Source of the DNA: a virus
Direction: 5' to 3' (one strand)
IMG/VR virus record: IMGVR_UViG_3300044722_000002
Coordinates: 9,123-73,122 of that record
DNA: 64,000 nt
The notes beneath the pieces were generated by a model. It was not told the DNA's origin. It made no database searches and saw only the letters and a program-made list of their open reading frames with translations. Both the position numbers and the translations under genes were made by a program. How positions within the stretch are numbered: position 1 is the stretch's first letter; each line of letters starts with the position of its first letter. Of this stretch, positions 1-9,837 are shown in pieces.

Positions 1-1
1 C

Positions 2-1972
2 GGTAATTCGTCACAGAAGGATTTTGAAGTTGCGTGGTGGGGCGCGGACTCGGCAGCAAGCGGAGCGGCAACATCGACAGCGTTGAACGCGGCGTTTGCG
101 GCGTGGCCAGATGGTGCTACCATGCACTTGAGTCCCCATGTAGTTTACACGCATGCAGGGATAACGATTGATCGTAAGTTCGCCTCAACGCTTCTTGGTG
201 TCGATACGCTGGACGGGTATCTCGATGCGGTGACAGCTCCTAAATTTGTCTACTCAGGTACTGATGGCGGTGATGCAATCACAATCTCGAATTGTTTCGC
301 TGTGACGTTTAGGGGATTTGGTAGCTGGGGAGCAGTGACTAATACCGTGCCGGGAACGACCGGGGCGGCCAAGAACCTTTATGTGACGATGACACCCGGC
401 GGCTATCCGCCGATTTCCAGTCAGAACGTTTTCCAGTCGGTATTTCTCTACGCCGCATCTACCCGAGCGGACTACATAAGTGTGGACGTTGACAACGCTA
501 CTGGCGTAAACAACGAGTTTCACCAGTTTAATGACTGCATCATCGTTGGCGGTACGGATGTCTTTGGAAACATTGTTGGCACGGGTCTGCACTTAGGGCA
601 CGCTAATGCCAAGCAGATAAAGATCAATAGAACAACTTTCGGATCGTTGGCCAAGGCTATCGATAGTCACGGCGGGAACTTCCGAGGATTTGGTAACACC
701 TACGGAAATTGTGGCGTGGTCTATTCGGGCCGTTTTACCGATGCGGTCGTCGATGTTGGGAGCGATTCTGAAAGTTGTGTTCAGATAATTGACGCAGAGG
801 GTTCGGGTAATCAGCCCTTTACTTTGATCGCCGGGCGGTTCGATGCGATCCGAGGAGGGGCGGTATCGGCCTCGGCATCCAGAACTACTGATCACGTCGT
901 TCGCTACACAACAAGACTGACTTTAATTGGCTGTACTTTTGGCGCATGGAACGAAACGGGAAACAATAGTTTCAGTAATCATTTTATTGACGGCACGGAT
1001 GGGGTTAGCGCGGTAGGAACCTTGAAATGGATCAACAGCAGCGTGGGAGGGGATGGCGGCCCGATCCCATTGTTGAACTTTACTCAAGGGCTAGGAACCT
1101 TTGCGCGATACGATGTTGACAGCGACGACTATGGGCCGTTGCAAGGTAGTGCGGTTAACGCCGTGCAGCGATCCTACACGGGGTTGAGTACGAGCGGGTC
1201 GATTCGAGACTTGCTCGGCGTTGAGAGCACTGATAGTTCAGTGTTTGGCACGGGCCGAGTAGCAGCGTTCGATAGTACGGTGATTGGACCATCGGCTGAG
1301 ATTGAGATCGCCGGTTTCGCCGCACCGCAACGGCCTGATGTAAGTTACGCGGGCGCAAACGACGCTGCTCTGAATCTATCGTCCCTTGCTGTCATTGCCC
1401 GCGACGCGTTGGGTAATCGCACAATGCCCTCTGTGATCAATCAGAACGTTCACGGGAATACCACACTCTCAGGCTCGAACTATATTCGGGTAACGTGGCC
1501 TGCCGTGAAGTGGAACCAGGTAACGGCCACTGACTACTTGCTTTTGCAGTTCTCTGGTGGCTGGCGAATTATTGCAACGGTCACACCCAGCGGGACTGCC
1601 ACGGAGCACTATGATATCATAGCGAACCCCGCAGGCGCATTCACCTATGTTATCCCTACCTACAATGAGACAGCAGCGGTAAAGACACGCGGGGCGTTAG
1701 TGGCACCTATTGAACGCGCTTTTACATCGCTGGACACTTCACCAAGTGTTATTGGATCAAGTGATTTTGTGACTGCGAATGCTGGTGCGACATCAATTAC
1801 TACCCTCGATAACGGTATAACAGGACAGGCCGTCTACGTTCGCATCAACGACGCAAATACGACCTTTGTTAATGGCAGTGGTATTATCACTACCACCGGA
1901 TCAAATGTCGCAGCTACCAATGGGCGTATTTACGCATTCAAATACCGTGGCGGTAATTGGATTCAGTTATAG
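2..1972 (+). CDS. Tail spike / beta-helix (pectate lyase-like) protein, 5'-truncated by the window
   Basis: Frame is open from position 2 (...FEVAWWGADSAASGAATSTALNAAF), resembling the N-terminal motif of Pectate_lyase_3-type spikes. G/T/N/S-rich beta-strand composition. Confidence 0.7.
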   Translation, partial: GNSSQKDFEVAWWGADSAASGAATSTALNAAFAAWPDGATMHLSPHVVYTHAGITIDRKFASTLLGVDTLDGYLDAVTAPKFVYSGTDGGDAITISNCFAVTFRGFGSWGAVTNTVPGTTGAAKNLYVTMTPGGYPPISSQNVFQSVFLYAASTRADYISVDVDNATGVNNEFHQFNDCIIVGGTDVFGNIVGTGLHLGHANAKQIKINRTTFGSLAKAIDSHGGNFRGFGNTYGNCGVVYSGRFTDAVVDVGSDSESCVQIIDAEGSGNQPFTLIAGRFDAIRGGAVSASASRTTDHVVRYTTRLTLIGCTFGAWNETGNNSFSNHFIDGTDGVSAVGTLKWINSSVGGDGGPIPLLNFTQGLGTFARYDVDSDDYGPLQGSAVNAVQRSYTGLSTSGSIRDLLGVESTDSSVFGTGRVAAFDSTVIGPSAEIEIAGFAAPQRPDVSYAGANDAALNLSSLAVIARDALGNRTMPSVINQNVHGNTTLSGSNYIRVTWPAVKWNQVTATDYLLLQFSGGWRIIATVTPSGTATEHYDIIANPAGAFTYVIPTYNETAAVKTRGALVAPIERAFTSLDTSPSVIGSSDFVTANAGATSITTLDNGITGQAVYVRINDANTTFVNGSGIITTTGSNVAATNGRIYAFKYRGGNWIQL

Positions 1973-1986
1973 AGGAGAAATAAATT

Positions 1987-3111
1987 ATGCCCGGCCCCGG
2001 ATCGTATGGCCCTGGACCCCAACAATCGTTGACGGTCAAAGAAGAAGATGGCTCACCCTCGATTTCAGGTGTGCGTATTATCAAAGTTTCAAACGGCTCG
2101 CTCACTGACGACGGGGCGGGGATTGTGTCGATTGATACCAGCGGAGGCTCGGGAGACGTGGTTGGGCCAGCCTCAGCAGTCTCAGGTCATCTTGCGGTGT
2201 TCAGTGGAACTACCGGAAAGTTAATTGCAGATGGCGGGGTAGTGCCGACAGGGATTACTAACGGAGCAGGGACGAACGTAGTTCCTGTAAGCGACGGAAC
2301 GAACCTCGTTGGCCCAGCCGGACTTGCCGCAACTCTTCCGCTCACTACGGGAAGTCTGGCGATTACCGGCACGCCTACTAGCGGGAACCTTACATCAATC
2401 GCGGCCTCAGGCACGGGCGCAACTTCCAACACCAAGACCGGACTGAACGTCGCCACCAGTGGGGCGAATGCTACTTCATCGCAGACAACGTTTGGCATAC
2501 AGGTATCCAACCTCTCCACGGGCACTTCGTCCAAGAACATCGCCGCGAGTTTCAATGCAGACAACGGGGCAACCAACTGGGACGCACAGTTTGGAACGGG
2601 CGGTGCGGGTAACTCAGGAGTATGGGTAGAAAACATTGCAGGGTTCCGTCGGATAGGTTTAGACCGGACAGGGACGTTGACCTACCTCGAAGGCGACGGT
2701 CTTTTTATGGAGAATTCCAGCAGTGGGTCTGCGCTGGTGCAGTGGCGAGCAGACACAGCGATTGGAAGATCGGCGGCGGGGCTAGTCGAAGCCAATAACG
2801 GCACGCCGGGAACCTTTCGAGATTTCAAGGCCCGTGAGTTCATTGCCGACGCAACGGTCACTGCCGGAGGAACTACGGGCGCGCAGACTATTAACAAATC
2901 TGCCGGTTCGGTAAACTTCGCCGCTACTGCCACGTCCTTAGTCGTAACAAACTCACTGGTGACGGCTTCCAGTGTGATCATTTGCACGGTTGCCGCTAAT
3001 GACACAACTTTCAAATCTTGCCAAGTGGTAGCAGGAGCGGGATTCTTTACTATTTTTGCAAACGCAGCAGCCACAGGTGAAACAAGGGTAAATTTCTGGA
3101 TTACCAACTAG
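1987..3111 (+). CDS. Tail fibre-like structural protein
   Basis: RBS GAGGAG; G/T/A/S-rich; GDVVGPASAVSGHLAVFSGTTGKLIADG and GTTGAQTINKSAGSVNFAA segments resemble phage fibre proteins. Confidence 0.65.
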   Translation: MPGPGSYGPGPQQSLTVKEEDGSPSISGVRIIKVSNGSLTDDGAGIVSIDTSGGSGDVVGPASAVSGHLAVFSGTTGKLIADGGVVPTGITNGAGTNVVPVSDGTNLVGPAGLAATLPLTTGSLAITGTPTSGNLTSIAASGTGATSNTKTGLNVATSGANATSSQTTFGIQVSNLSTGTSSKNIAASFNADNGATNWDAQFGTGGAGNSGVWVENIAGFRRIGLDRTGTLTYLEGDGLFMENSSSGSALVQWRADTAIGRSAAGLVEANNGTPGTFRDFKAREFIADATVTAGGTTGAQTINKSAGSVNFAATATSLVVTNSLVTASSVIICTVAANDTTFKSCQVVAGAGFFTIFANAAATGETRVNFWITN

Positions 3112-3120
3112 GAGTCTGTT

Positions 3121-3570
3121 ATGTCAATCTTATCTCTAACGCTAAACGACTCAACGAAACTGTACGAGCTGGGCAATGGCGCACCAAAGTCTGTCTATCA
3201 ATTCGTTTGGGACTTTGCGGTCTTAGGAGGCGCGGTAGGCTCAATCCCGCTCACGCAAATCAATGGCCCACTCCCAAACAATTTCATGATCCAGAACGCC
3301 TGTCTTGATGTTATCACGGGAATGACAGGCGACATCGGAGCGACTGGGGCGGTGACAAGCGGTCAAGGCGCAAACGATCTAGTAGTCGCTACTGTAGTTG
3401 CTGGTGCGCCATTCTCGACTACCGGGCCTAAAGTGACACTACCTTTACTCGGAACTATCGCAACCTGGGTCAAGACCACGGCGCAGAGATCACCTGCATT
3501 GGTAATCGCCGTCAACGCGTTCACGGCCGGGAAGTTCAATCTTTGGGTTGAAGGTGTTGTGAGTTCGTGA
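3121..3570 (+). CDS. Putative virion structural protein
   Basis: RBS AGGAG; beta-rich; last gene of the plus-strand tail block; its stop abuts the convergent gene. Confidence 0.5.
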   Translation: MSILSLTLNDSTKLYELGNGAPKSVYQFVWDFAVLGGAVGSIPLTQINGPLPNNFMIQNACLDVITGMTGDIGATGAVTSGQGANDLVVATVVAGAPFSTTGPKVTLPLLGTIATWVKTTAQRSPALVIAVNAFTAGKFNLWVEGVVSS

Positions 3571-4089
3571 TTAGTAGTTACGCCGCGCCGCAAGAATATC
3601 GGCCTCAGTAATCCTCGGCCCCGGCCGGTTCAACCCGTGGTCAAAGTGCCCCATAATGGACTTCCCGCTGTTTACGTCCGGCAATCCCAACGAATGCCCT
3701 GTCTCATGCCCCACGAAGCTCTCAATCGCGTCCAGAGCCTGTGTGCGAGGGTCTAGCTCGATTACCGCACAGCCGATGAATTGAGTGTTGATAATCGGCC
3801 ACGCGGTCAGGTGAGCGAGTTCTGAGGGGTTGGACGAGACGGCACGGGTGAGGGTTAGGCAATTTTCACACTTCATTACTTCAGATGTGTTGCCCGCCTC
3901 CGTGAAGGCTATGTTCGCGACATTCCACAATCTCATGCCGCGAAATGCGGCTGCTCGCTGTTCAGGTGAGAATCCAGGCATGAAGTAGACGGGAACGTTG
4001 GTATCCGGTCGCCAGCGATAGAACGACTGGCAGTGGGTCAGTGTCCAGCAGGTAAGGAGGATGATGATTGTCCAGACTGCGCGTTTCAT
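3571..4089 (-). CDS. Secreted matrixin-like (metzincin) zinc metalloprotease
   Basis: N-terminal hydrophobic signal; HETGHSLGLPD (HExxHxxGxxD) and SIM Met-turn. Confidence 0.8.
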   Translation of the reverse strand: MKRAVWTIIILLTCWTLTHCQSFYRWRPDTNVPVYFMPGFSPEQRAAAFRGMRLWNVANIAFTEAGNTSEVMKCENCLTLTRAVSSNPSELAHLTAWPIINTQFIGCAVIELDPRTQALDAIESFVGHETGHSLGLPDVNSGKSIMGHFDHGLNRPGPRITEADILAARRNY

Positions 4090-4095
4090 GGAGCG

Positions 4096-4674
4096 TTATA
4101 CTTTCTTGAATTCGATTACCCACACGAACGGGTTACTCTCCCATGAGTAGCCGCGCTTGGCGCTGAGCGCGTTCCATCCCTCCGCCCACAATCTTCGCTC
4201 CCAATCAAACTCTGAAATGTAAGTGCCGTTAGGGTAGTCTTTAGGCAAAATTCCCTCAGCCTGAATGTCCGCGCTACTTATCTCCTGCAATCGCTCAACG
4301 CGAATATTTGTGATTTCTAAAGTGATGCGTGATGCGATTCGCGGGAGGAAGATTGAGGGATACCATCGCGCTACATCAGCGTTTTCACTGGCTGCTCTGT
4401 ATACGTATGTGACGTTTTTGCCGGTTTTCCAATTTCCGATTTGACCGCTCGGTGCGTAGGCACTGAAAGTCTCGCGCACCCAAAGACGATCACCGGGCTT
4501 GCCGTAGGGACACTTCACATCAATGAAGCCTGCTTCCCAAGCAGCCGAAACAACTTCTTCTTGACCGCTGTGTAGCTTCGGCTGCGGTTTCACAACCCGC
4601 CGCGACTGAGTCTTTCGCCCTTCCAGAATCGCGCGCACCATAGCTCCTGCAAATAGAATCGGGTGTTCCGTCAT
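4096..4674 (-). CDS. ASCH/PUA-like phage protein
   Basis: PILF..MVRAILEGRKTQ.RR, CPYGKPGDRLWVRET, ERLQEIS and W..NPFVWVIEF motifs. Confidence 0.8.
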   Translation of the reverse strand: MTEHPILFAGAMVRAILEGRKTQSRRVVKPQPKLHSGQEEVVSAAWEAGFIDVKCPYGKPGDRLWVRETFSAYAPSGQIGNWKTGKNVTYVYRAASENADVARWYPSIFLPRIASRITLEITNIRVERLQEISSADIQAEGILPKDYPNGTYISEFDWERRLWAEGWNALSAKRGYSWESNPFVWVIEFKKV

Positions 4675-5111
4675 TACTCAACCTCCCTAACGCTCACAAG
4701 TGCAGCGCGGAATTCTTTATAGTCGTAGTAGCGAATGCGAAGAGTAATCCACTTACCCTTAACCATTCCTTTAGCTTCATTCCACTGAGGTAGAAGATAA
4801 AACAGTGCTCCCGGTGCTGCGCGCCACACGGCATACCTCAGGTGCACGTTCGTCCAGATATCTCCCCCAGTAGAAGGCTGGGCGTTACCTGACAATATCT
4901 CCGGATCACGAAGCGATGGCCAGTCAAGTTTCAGATGACCAACCATCACAACGTCACGTTCTACTCGACGCAAGTGATCGTCAAACGTGAACGTGGAAGT
5001 TCGGGTGACTGTGTGACCTTCACTCTCGACTGTAACCTCACGCTTGTAGGCGTAGTTCACCTGGGCGTTGATTGAGACAGCGAAGAGGAAGATGAGCGCG
5101 ACTTTAATCAT
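4674..5111 (-). CDS. Hypothetical secreted protein
   Basis: Start MIKVALIFLFAVSINAQ (signal peptide); ATGA coupling to the upstream gene. Confidence 0.6.
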   Translation of the reverse strand: MIKVALIFLFAVSINAQVNYAYKREVTVESEGHTVTRTSTFTFDDHLRRVERDVVMVGHLKLDWPSLRDPEILSGNAQPSTGGDIWTNVHLRYAVWRAAPGALFYLLPQWNEAKGMVKGKWITLRIRYYDYKEFRAALVSVREVE

Positions 5112-5518
5112 GGGCGCCCTTTCGCGTGTTTTGTCTGCATATGGCGAGAAACGTTGGTGAACGTTCGGTTGCATTCGGGGCAGACGCCGTTATCCACGCG
5201 GGCGAGCTTCTTCTTGGCCTTGGTAACAACACCCTTGAGTGCGGTTATCTTATGAAAGCGACTGACGGATTCCCGTTGCGCGACTCGCCGCTGACCGGTC
5301 TCCCATTCCAGCGCGCGCTCCTTGGCGGCTAACCGCTCGCGTAACTCCTCTGCTTCGCTCTTGCCTGTGAAGTGTTGCCCGTGTCCAGTCGGGCAATAGA
5401 ACGAATCGCGCAAGCGGCGTCGTTCTTGATAAAACTGCTCGGACATTGCGAACGTCATATAACATTGACAGCATTCGATCTGCTTTAGGTTGAATTGAAA
5501 CTGTAGTACCGCACTCAT
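5108..5518 (-). CDS. Zinc-finger/coiled-coil phage protein
   Basis: CCQC...FYCPTGH, a coiled coil, and C-terminal CPECNRTF...HMQTKH (C2H2-like); RBS GAGG. Confidence 0.7.
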   Translation of the reverse strand: MSAVLQFQFNLKQIECCQCYMTFAMSEQFYQERRRLRDSFYCPTGHGQHFTGKSEAEELRERLAAKERALEWETGQRRVAQRESVSRFHKITALKGVVTKAKKKLARVDNGVCPECNRTFTNVSRHMQTKHAKGRP

Positions 5519-5578
5519 AAAACCTCTCCTATTTTCACCTGACCCCGGGAGACTGCTTCTTCTCTTCCTGATACCGTG

Positions 5579-6238
5579 CTATAGCTGCACGGGCATCCAG
5601 TGAGTCGCCCAATGTTTACACTGATCGCCTCCTGAGACGGTGAACAGTCCGCCCTTGGTTTTACGGACAAGAGCGCAACGCACTGGACCATAGTCCCTTA
5701 TGTCGGCCACGATGATCGGGTCGCATACGGTAGCCTCTGGCGCAGTTCCTATCGGTTGCCACGCTGGTTGGTCTGCTGGAGCGTGTCTCAGTAAGTTCAG
5801 CGCCGCCTCCGCGTCTTCTTCTGATTCGTAGTAGGCTATTAGCTTCCATTCATCATCGCCGCAATCTGTGATCGTGCTTGAAAGCGGAGCCGTAGAGGCT
5901 GGATGAGAAGCCGCCCACTTTCTAACTTTTGCCATTGCTTTAGCCGGTGTTGCGCCTTCGCATTCCCACATGGCTACCTCAATCAATACGCGACGCTCTG
6001 TGCCGTCGTGTAAGGTCCTGCTATCGCGTACTCTGACATGGACATCTGGATTGGGGAACATGTCTCGCAACTCAGCTAATGCCGACTCAACGCTTTGCTC
6101 TGCTCTGGCATTAGCAATGGCTTGGGCAATGGCGGCCACTAAATCCTTTCCAACTTCCGCCGTTGTCTCTTGAGCGACAATGAACGGTGTGATCAGGTCA
6201 GCCGCCTTCTCCCGATCTTTATCTTTTATCCGGGCCAT
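5579..6238 (-). CDS. Mosaic hypothetical protein with DUF551-like C-terminus
   Basis: WQPIGTAP...THWMP motif; RBS AAGGAG. Confidence 0.6.
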   Translation of the reverse strand: MARIKDKDREKAADLITPFIVAQETTAEVGKDLVAAIAQAIANARAEQSVESALAELRDMFPNPDVHVRVRDSRTLHDGTERRVLIEVAMWECEGATPAKAMAKVRKWAASHPASTAPLSSTITDCGDDEWKLIAYYESEEDAEAALNLLRHAPADQPAWQPIGTAPEATVCDPIIVADIRDYGPVRCALVRKTKGGLFTVSGGDQCKHWATHWMPVQL

Positions 6239-6258
6239 TGGGTTTACTCTCCTTCCAA

Positions 6259-6582
6259 TTACTGCGGATTGGGTTCATCGATAGGCTCATAGGGATGAAT
6301 CACGCGAGGCTGGCATAGGCAGTTATTATCACCATCGCAACCGTGCTTGTGGACGACTACCATGCTGCCATCTGCCGCCGCCCGTTCAGAGGCCACCGTA
6401 ACCATTTCCTTAAAGCTACCTACGTCGATTAGCGATGCTGGCTCACCTATTGAGCGCCCAGCGGTCCCTGTAGCGGGCTTAACGTGCTTCAGGGAGTTGC
6501 ATCGCCAGCACATGATGAAGTCCCCCGAAGTGTGATCCTTATGCCCAACGAGCTGACACCAAATCCAATGGAGCGGCTTCAT
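6259..6582 (-). CDS. Hypothetical protein (DUF1660-like N-terminus)
   Basis: C.L.GH...C.RC motif; RBS AAGGAG. Confidence 0.55.
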   Translation of the reverse strand: MKPLHWIWCQLVGHKDHTSGDFIMCWRCNSLKHVKPATGTAGRSIGEPASLIDVGSFKEMVTVASERAAADGSMVVVHKHGCDGDNNCLCQPRVIHPYEPIDEPNPQ

Positions 6583-7119
6583 TTATTTACTCTCCTTGTA
6601 ATCGAGCGCGACGAACGCGGCCAGTTCTTTCTCAGCCATCGTGTCGAGTCGCCAGCGAGCGGCAAAGATGGAGATCCAATCGTCGTTTATTTGGGCCATT
6701 GGGTATTTCTCACCTGATTCCTCTCGAATGGCAGTCGCGTCAGCGTAGTCAACCAATGCTTGCCGCAAAATATCGTGCGCTTGCCGTTGCTCGGAATCGT
6801 TAATCGTCACGTTCAGCAATCCAACTGCCTGGCAGATAGCCGTGTGCAATATGGAAGTCAACTTGCTAGTGGGTCTGCCTTCCTTTACTCGGCACTCCTG
6901 ACCGCATTTCACGCAGTAGCGGTACCGCACTTCGGCATCACAGCATTTAGACACCAACCCCCGCTCTCTTTGCTCTGCTCTGGCATCAGCAAGGGCAGCG
7001 TTGATGTAGGTCACTAAGGCGTCAGTGCAGTCGGAGTTGGAATGAGCGTAGTCATGAAGAATCGCTCTTACCTTTCTCCGCGTCGCCTTCTCCGCTGCTT
7101 CATCACCTACCTGGGCCAT
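6583..7119 (-). CDS. Mosaic hypothetical protein
   Basis: RBS AAGGAG; SKCC...CVKC Zn ribbon; N-terminal module paralogous to 5579..6238. Confidence 0.6.
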   Translation of the reverse strand: MAQVGDEAAEKATRRKVRAILHDYAHSNSDCTDALVTYINAALADARAEQRERGLVSKCCDAEVRYRYCVKCGQECRVKEGRPTSKLTSILHTAICQAVGLLNVTINDSEQRQAHDILRQALVDYADATAIREESGEKYPMAQINDDWISIFAARWRLDTMAEKELAAFVALDYKESK

Positions 7120-7297
7120 TGGGTTTACTCTCCTTCGCTAGTTCGTGATCGTAGCCTACTGGAAAACAGGCGCAGTCGAGTGGATGAAGTCCACACCCAA
7201 CGCAGCCATGTTGATTCACCTTGCGGCCACAGCCACAGTTGGGCAACTTATCGTAATACTCACGATAGCGGCGGTCCGCCTCAGCTTTTGTCACCAT
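7103..7297 (-). CDS. Small Cys-rich hypothetical protein
   Basis: CGCG...CVGCG...CAC; operon-coupled. Confidence 0.5.
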   Translation of the reverse strand: MVTKAEADRRYREYYDKLPNCGCGRKVNQHGCVGCGLHPLDCACFPVGYDHELAKESKPNGPGR

Positions 7298-8005
7298 TTA
7301 CTCACTCTCCTTGTTGCGGATAACAGCGCAATAAACACAGCAGCCAGTATCGTCATAGACGTGTTCCGGTTGCAGGGCAAAGGTTCCTCCACTAAGGGGC
7401 ACGATACACGTCTCTGGATTGAGAATGTGTGCCGCAAATTTACCTTCCTGTTTGATGGAGTCGTTTACAATTTCTGCAATCCTTGCGTTTCGCACGCGTT
7501 CTGCTGCTACTGCTGCATCCCGAACCTTGTCTATGATGGCTGCTATCTGACTTAAAATAGCTTTAGCCCGGCCTTCGTTACGGTAATCCGGCTCGTCATA
7601 TACTACCGCAATGCGAACGTCCTCAAACTGAGTACTGTCCAACGCTCGCGCAATTTGTCGACTCGCTTCCATTGCAATCTCACTTACTTTGGCCGGCATC
7701 GCTACTGACTGTTGTGCCGCTTTAATCGTCTCATCCAACGCCACATCCAGAACGTAGTTGCCTATGATGGCAGCGGAATGGCCGGGCGTGACGCTGCCTG
7801 TCCCCGCCGATTTACCCAGTTTGTCGAGCATCGCGCCACCGACACCAATTAGATCGTCCGCGTGGTGCTTTAACGTTTGCCGATCCGGCTCGTCAATGCC
7901 CTCTGAGAACAGGTCAAGGAACTCAGACAGGCATCTGTCAAGCCTGCCGATGCGATTATCAAACTCGGCTCGTTCACACTGCTCATTGCTTACCCTCTCT
8001 TTCAT
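7298..8005 (-). CDS. Hypothetical protein
   Basis: ATGA coupling; long ORF within the operon. Confidence 0.6.
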   Translation of the reverse strand: MKERVSNEQCERAEFDNRIGRLDRCLSEFLDLFSEGIDEPDRQTLKHHADDLIGVGGAMLDKLGKSAGTGSVTPGHSAAIIGNYVLDVALDETIKAAQQSVAMPAKVSEIAMEASRQIARALDSTQFEDVRIAVVYDEPDYRNEGRAKAILSQIAAIIDKVRDAAVAAERVRNARIAEIVNDSIKQEGKFAAHILNPETCIVPLSGGTFALQPEHVYDDTGCCVYCAVIRNKESE

Positions 8006-8481
8006 AGATCATCCGTAACGACGCAGCCTTCACAATGAGGCGGTTCGGTTGGCGGCAAAAGCTCAGCGGAGCAGATGGCGCAAGTGTCGCGTCCGTTCAA
8101 CCGGTCTATCTCTTCCTTTGCTGCTGATAATTCAGAGCGGAGGAAGTCTATTTGTTTATCTTTAACGCCTTGGTCTCCCAGCGTTGTTATGATTACCCCA
8201 ATTTCCCCGCGACAGATGGCGCACGCGGCACAACACGACGGCCTTCGCTCACTCTCTTCTAATGCCGAGAGTAGGTAGTCGATGTCAGCGGGAGCGTTGG
8301 CGATAAACTCCGCGTCATACTGGCGTCTTACTTCCCTGCCAAATTCCTGAATGTACGCACCGTTAGCAGATTTTATGTGCGGATATTTTCTGCCCTGCTG
8401 TACGATCCACGGCGCAGGTGTAATTCCCGCTCGCCGTTCTCTTATAGCTTTGATAGCGTCAGTTGAATTAGTTTTACTCAT
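8002..8481 (-). CDS. Ead/Ea22-like phage protein
   Basis: TPAPW...DAEFIANAPADIDYLL motif. Confidence 0.65.
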   Translation of the reverse strand: MSKTNSTDAIKAIRERRAGITPAPWIVQQGRKYPHIKSANGAYIQEFGREVRRQYDAEFIANAPADIDYLLSALEESERRPSCCAACAICRGEIGVIITTLGDQGVKDKQIDFLRSELSAAKEEIDRLNGRDTCAICSAELLPPTEPPHCEGCVVTDDL

Positions 8482-8553
8482 TGAGACCTCGGATCATTGT
8501 TCTCTGGTTGGACGCCAGTAGTGAGTAGAGCGCGGATTTGCTTGGCAATAAAC

Positions 8554-9654
8554 TCAGCCGCCGTCTAGCTCTGGCATTCTTGCGTCATACCGATCATATT
8601 CATCTGCAACCTTCGCTGCTGCTTCTATCCCGGCCCGCTGTCCTGCGCGATACATGTCTGAGCCTGTAAGGGCTGATTCAACCAAAAATCTCACAGCGGC
8701 TAAGTCTTGGGACTCAGAATCGACCGACGTACCCAACAGTCCTGCGTTAGTAAGCTTCTCCGCGATCTCGCTTGCCATCGCTGTAGCTTGAGCAGTGTCC
8801 TGCGGTCTCCATGACGACTCGATCCATTCTTCAAACTTTATTCGCGTGTGAATTTCGAGTGCGGTGTGGTCAGGCGCACATTCTCCCGTCTCTATCCAGT
8901 GTGTTAGATATTTAGCCGCGTCGTCGCGCATCCCTGTGAAAAGATTTGGCCCCAATGATTCGTCAAACCAGTGATGAACAAGTTCAAGAAACCATCGCAC
9001 GACTGTTTCGGGGTGGGCGCGAGATGTCATGTAATAGCCCTTCGGAGCAGCATCCAACACTTTGTATTTGGTAATAACAACCGAGGAATGCCCTAGGTCG
9101 GCGTCCTTCCCTGAATCTTGTACTGGTTGGTTAAGTTGATGGCGGGTGTTCCAAGTTGTAACAGCCTCCGAGACGCTGCTGTAGTTTGGAAAACCCCCTT
9201 CTGCCAGCCGCTGGCAATTACAGGACGGGCAGTGAACCTGCCAGCAGTTATCAATCAGCATAATCTTACCGTGCTCAATTACAGCCTCTTGTTCTAGCGA
9301 TGGCTCTCCGCCGCAAAATGGACACGGCAATAGTTCTTGTTCTCTAATTGGCCCACGACCACCACCCCACCCGAGCGGCTGATCATAGGCGGGCGATGCT
9401 GGTGATGGCTCTTGCTCTCCACCCTGAGAGGGAACTTCTGGTTCCCACTGGCTATCATCGTAACTTTCGCCGCCAACTATGCTCCCTAGTCGCGGACTCA
9501 ACACCTGTGGGTAATCAAAGGTGTACTTGAAGCCGCGCTCCGTTATCTCAGTCACGGTCGCTGGCGGATAATAGATTGCATGGCGATTCTTAATGCGGCT
9601 ACCAACGCTGAACCGCGTAGGCTGAGAGGAAGCATCTGATTTATCTGTGGTCAT
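8554..9654 (-). CDS. Mosaic protein with Lar (restriction alleviation)-like Zn domain
   Basis: LLPCPFCGG...CPSC...EAVTTWNTR. The C-terminus may be frameshifted (see findings). Confidence 0.7.
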   Translation of the reverse strand: MTTDKSDASSQPTRFSVGSRIKNRHAIYYPPATVTEITERGFKYTFDYPQVLSPRLGSIVGGESYDDSQWEPEVPSQGGEQEPSPASPAYDQPLGWGGGRGPIREQELLPCPFCGGEPSLEQEAVIEHGKIMLIDNCWQVHCPSCNCQRLAEGGFPNYSSVSEAVTTWNTRHQLNQPVQDSGKDADLGHSSVVITKYKVLDAAPKGYYMTSRAHPETVVRWFLELVHHWFDESLGPNLFTGMRDDAAKYLTHWIETGECAPDHTALEIHTRIKFEEWIESSWRPQDTAQATAMASEIAEKLTNAGLLGTSVDSESQDLAAVRFLVESALTGSDMYRAGQRAGIEAAAKVADEYDRYDARMPELDGG

Positions 9655-9836
9655 TAGAATAAGTCCTCGTAAATTGAATTCACCTCTTCGTCGGTCGCGT
9701 CCGCTACTTTTGAAAAGTCAACGCGGCTGAAATCGACACCGGCAGATACCAAGTGTTTTGCGACTCCCGCCATAATGAGTGGAAGCCGTTCGCGGAATCT
9801 AATCTTGGCAATCTCTCGCAGGATAGCGATGTTCAC
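9654..9836 (-). CDS. Hypothetical protein
   Basis: Probable GTG start just after the upstream stop; stop overlaps the next start (TAATG). Confidence 0.4.
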   Translation of the reverse strand: MNIAILREIAKIRFRERLPLIMAGVAKHLVSAGVDFSRVDFSKVADATDEEVNSIYEDLF

Positions 9837-9837
9837 G

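Noticed and set aside
1-3570. Diversity-generating retroelement or invertible tail cassette
   Set aside because: No reverse transcriptase, TR/VR pair or invertase visible in the window.
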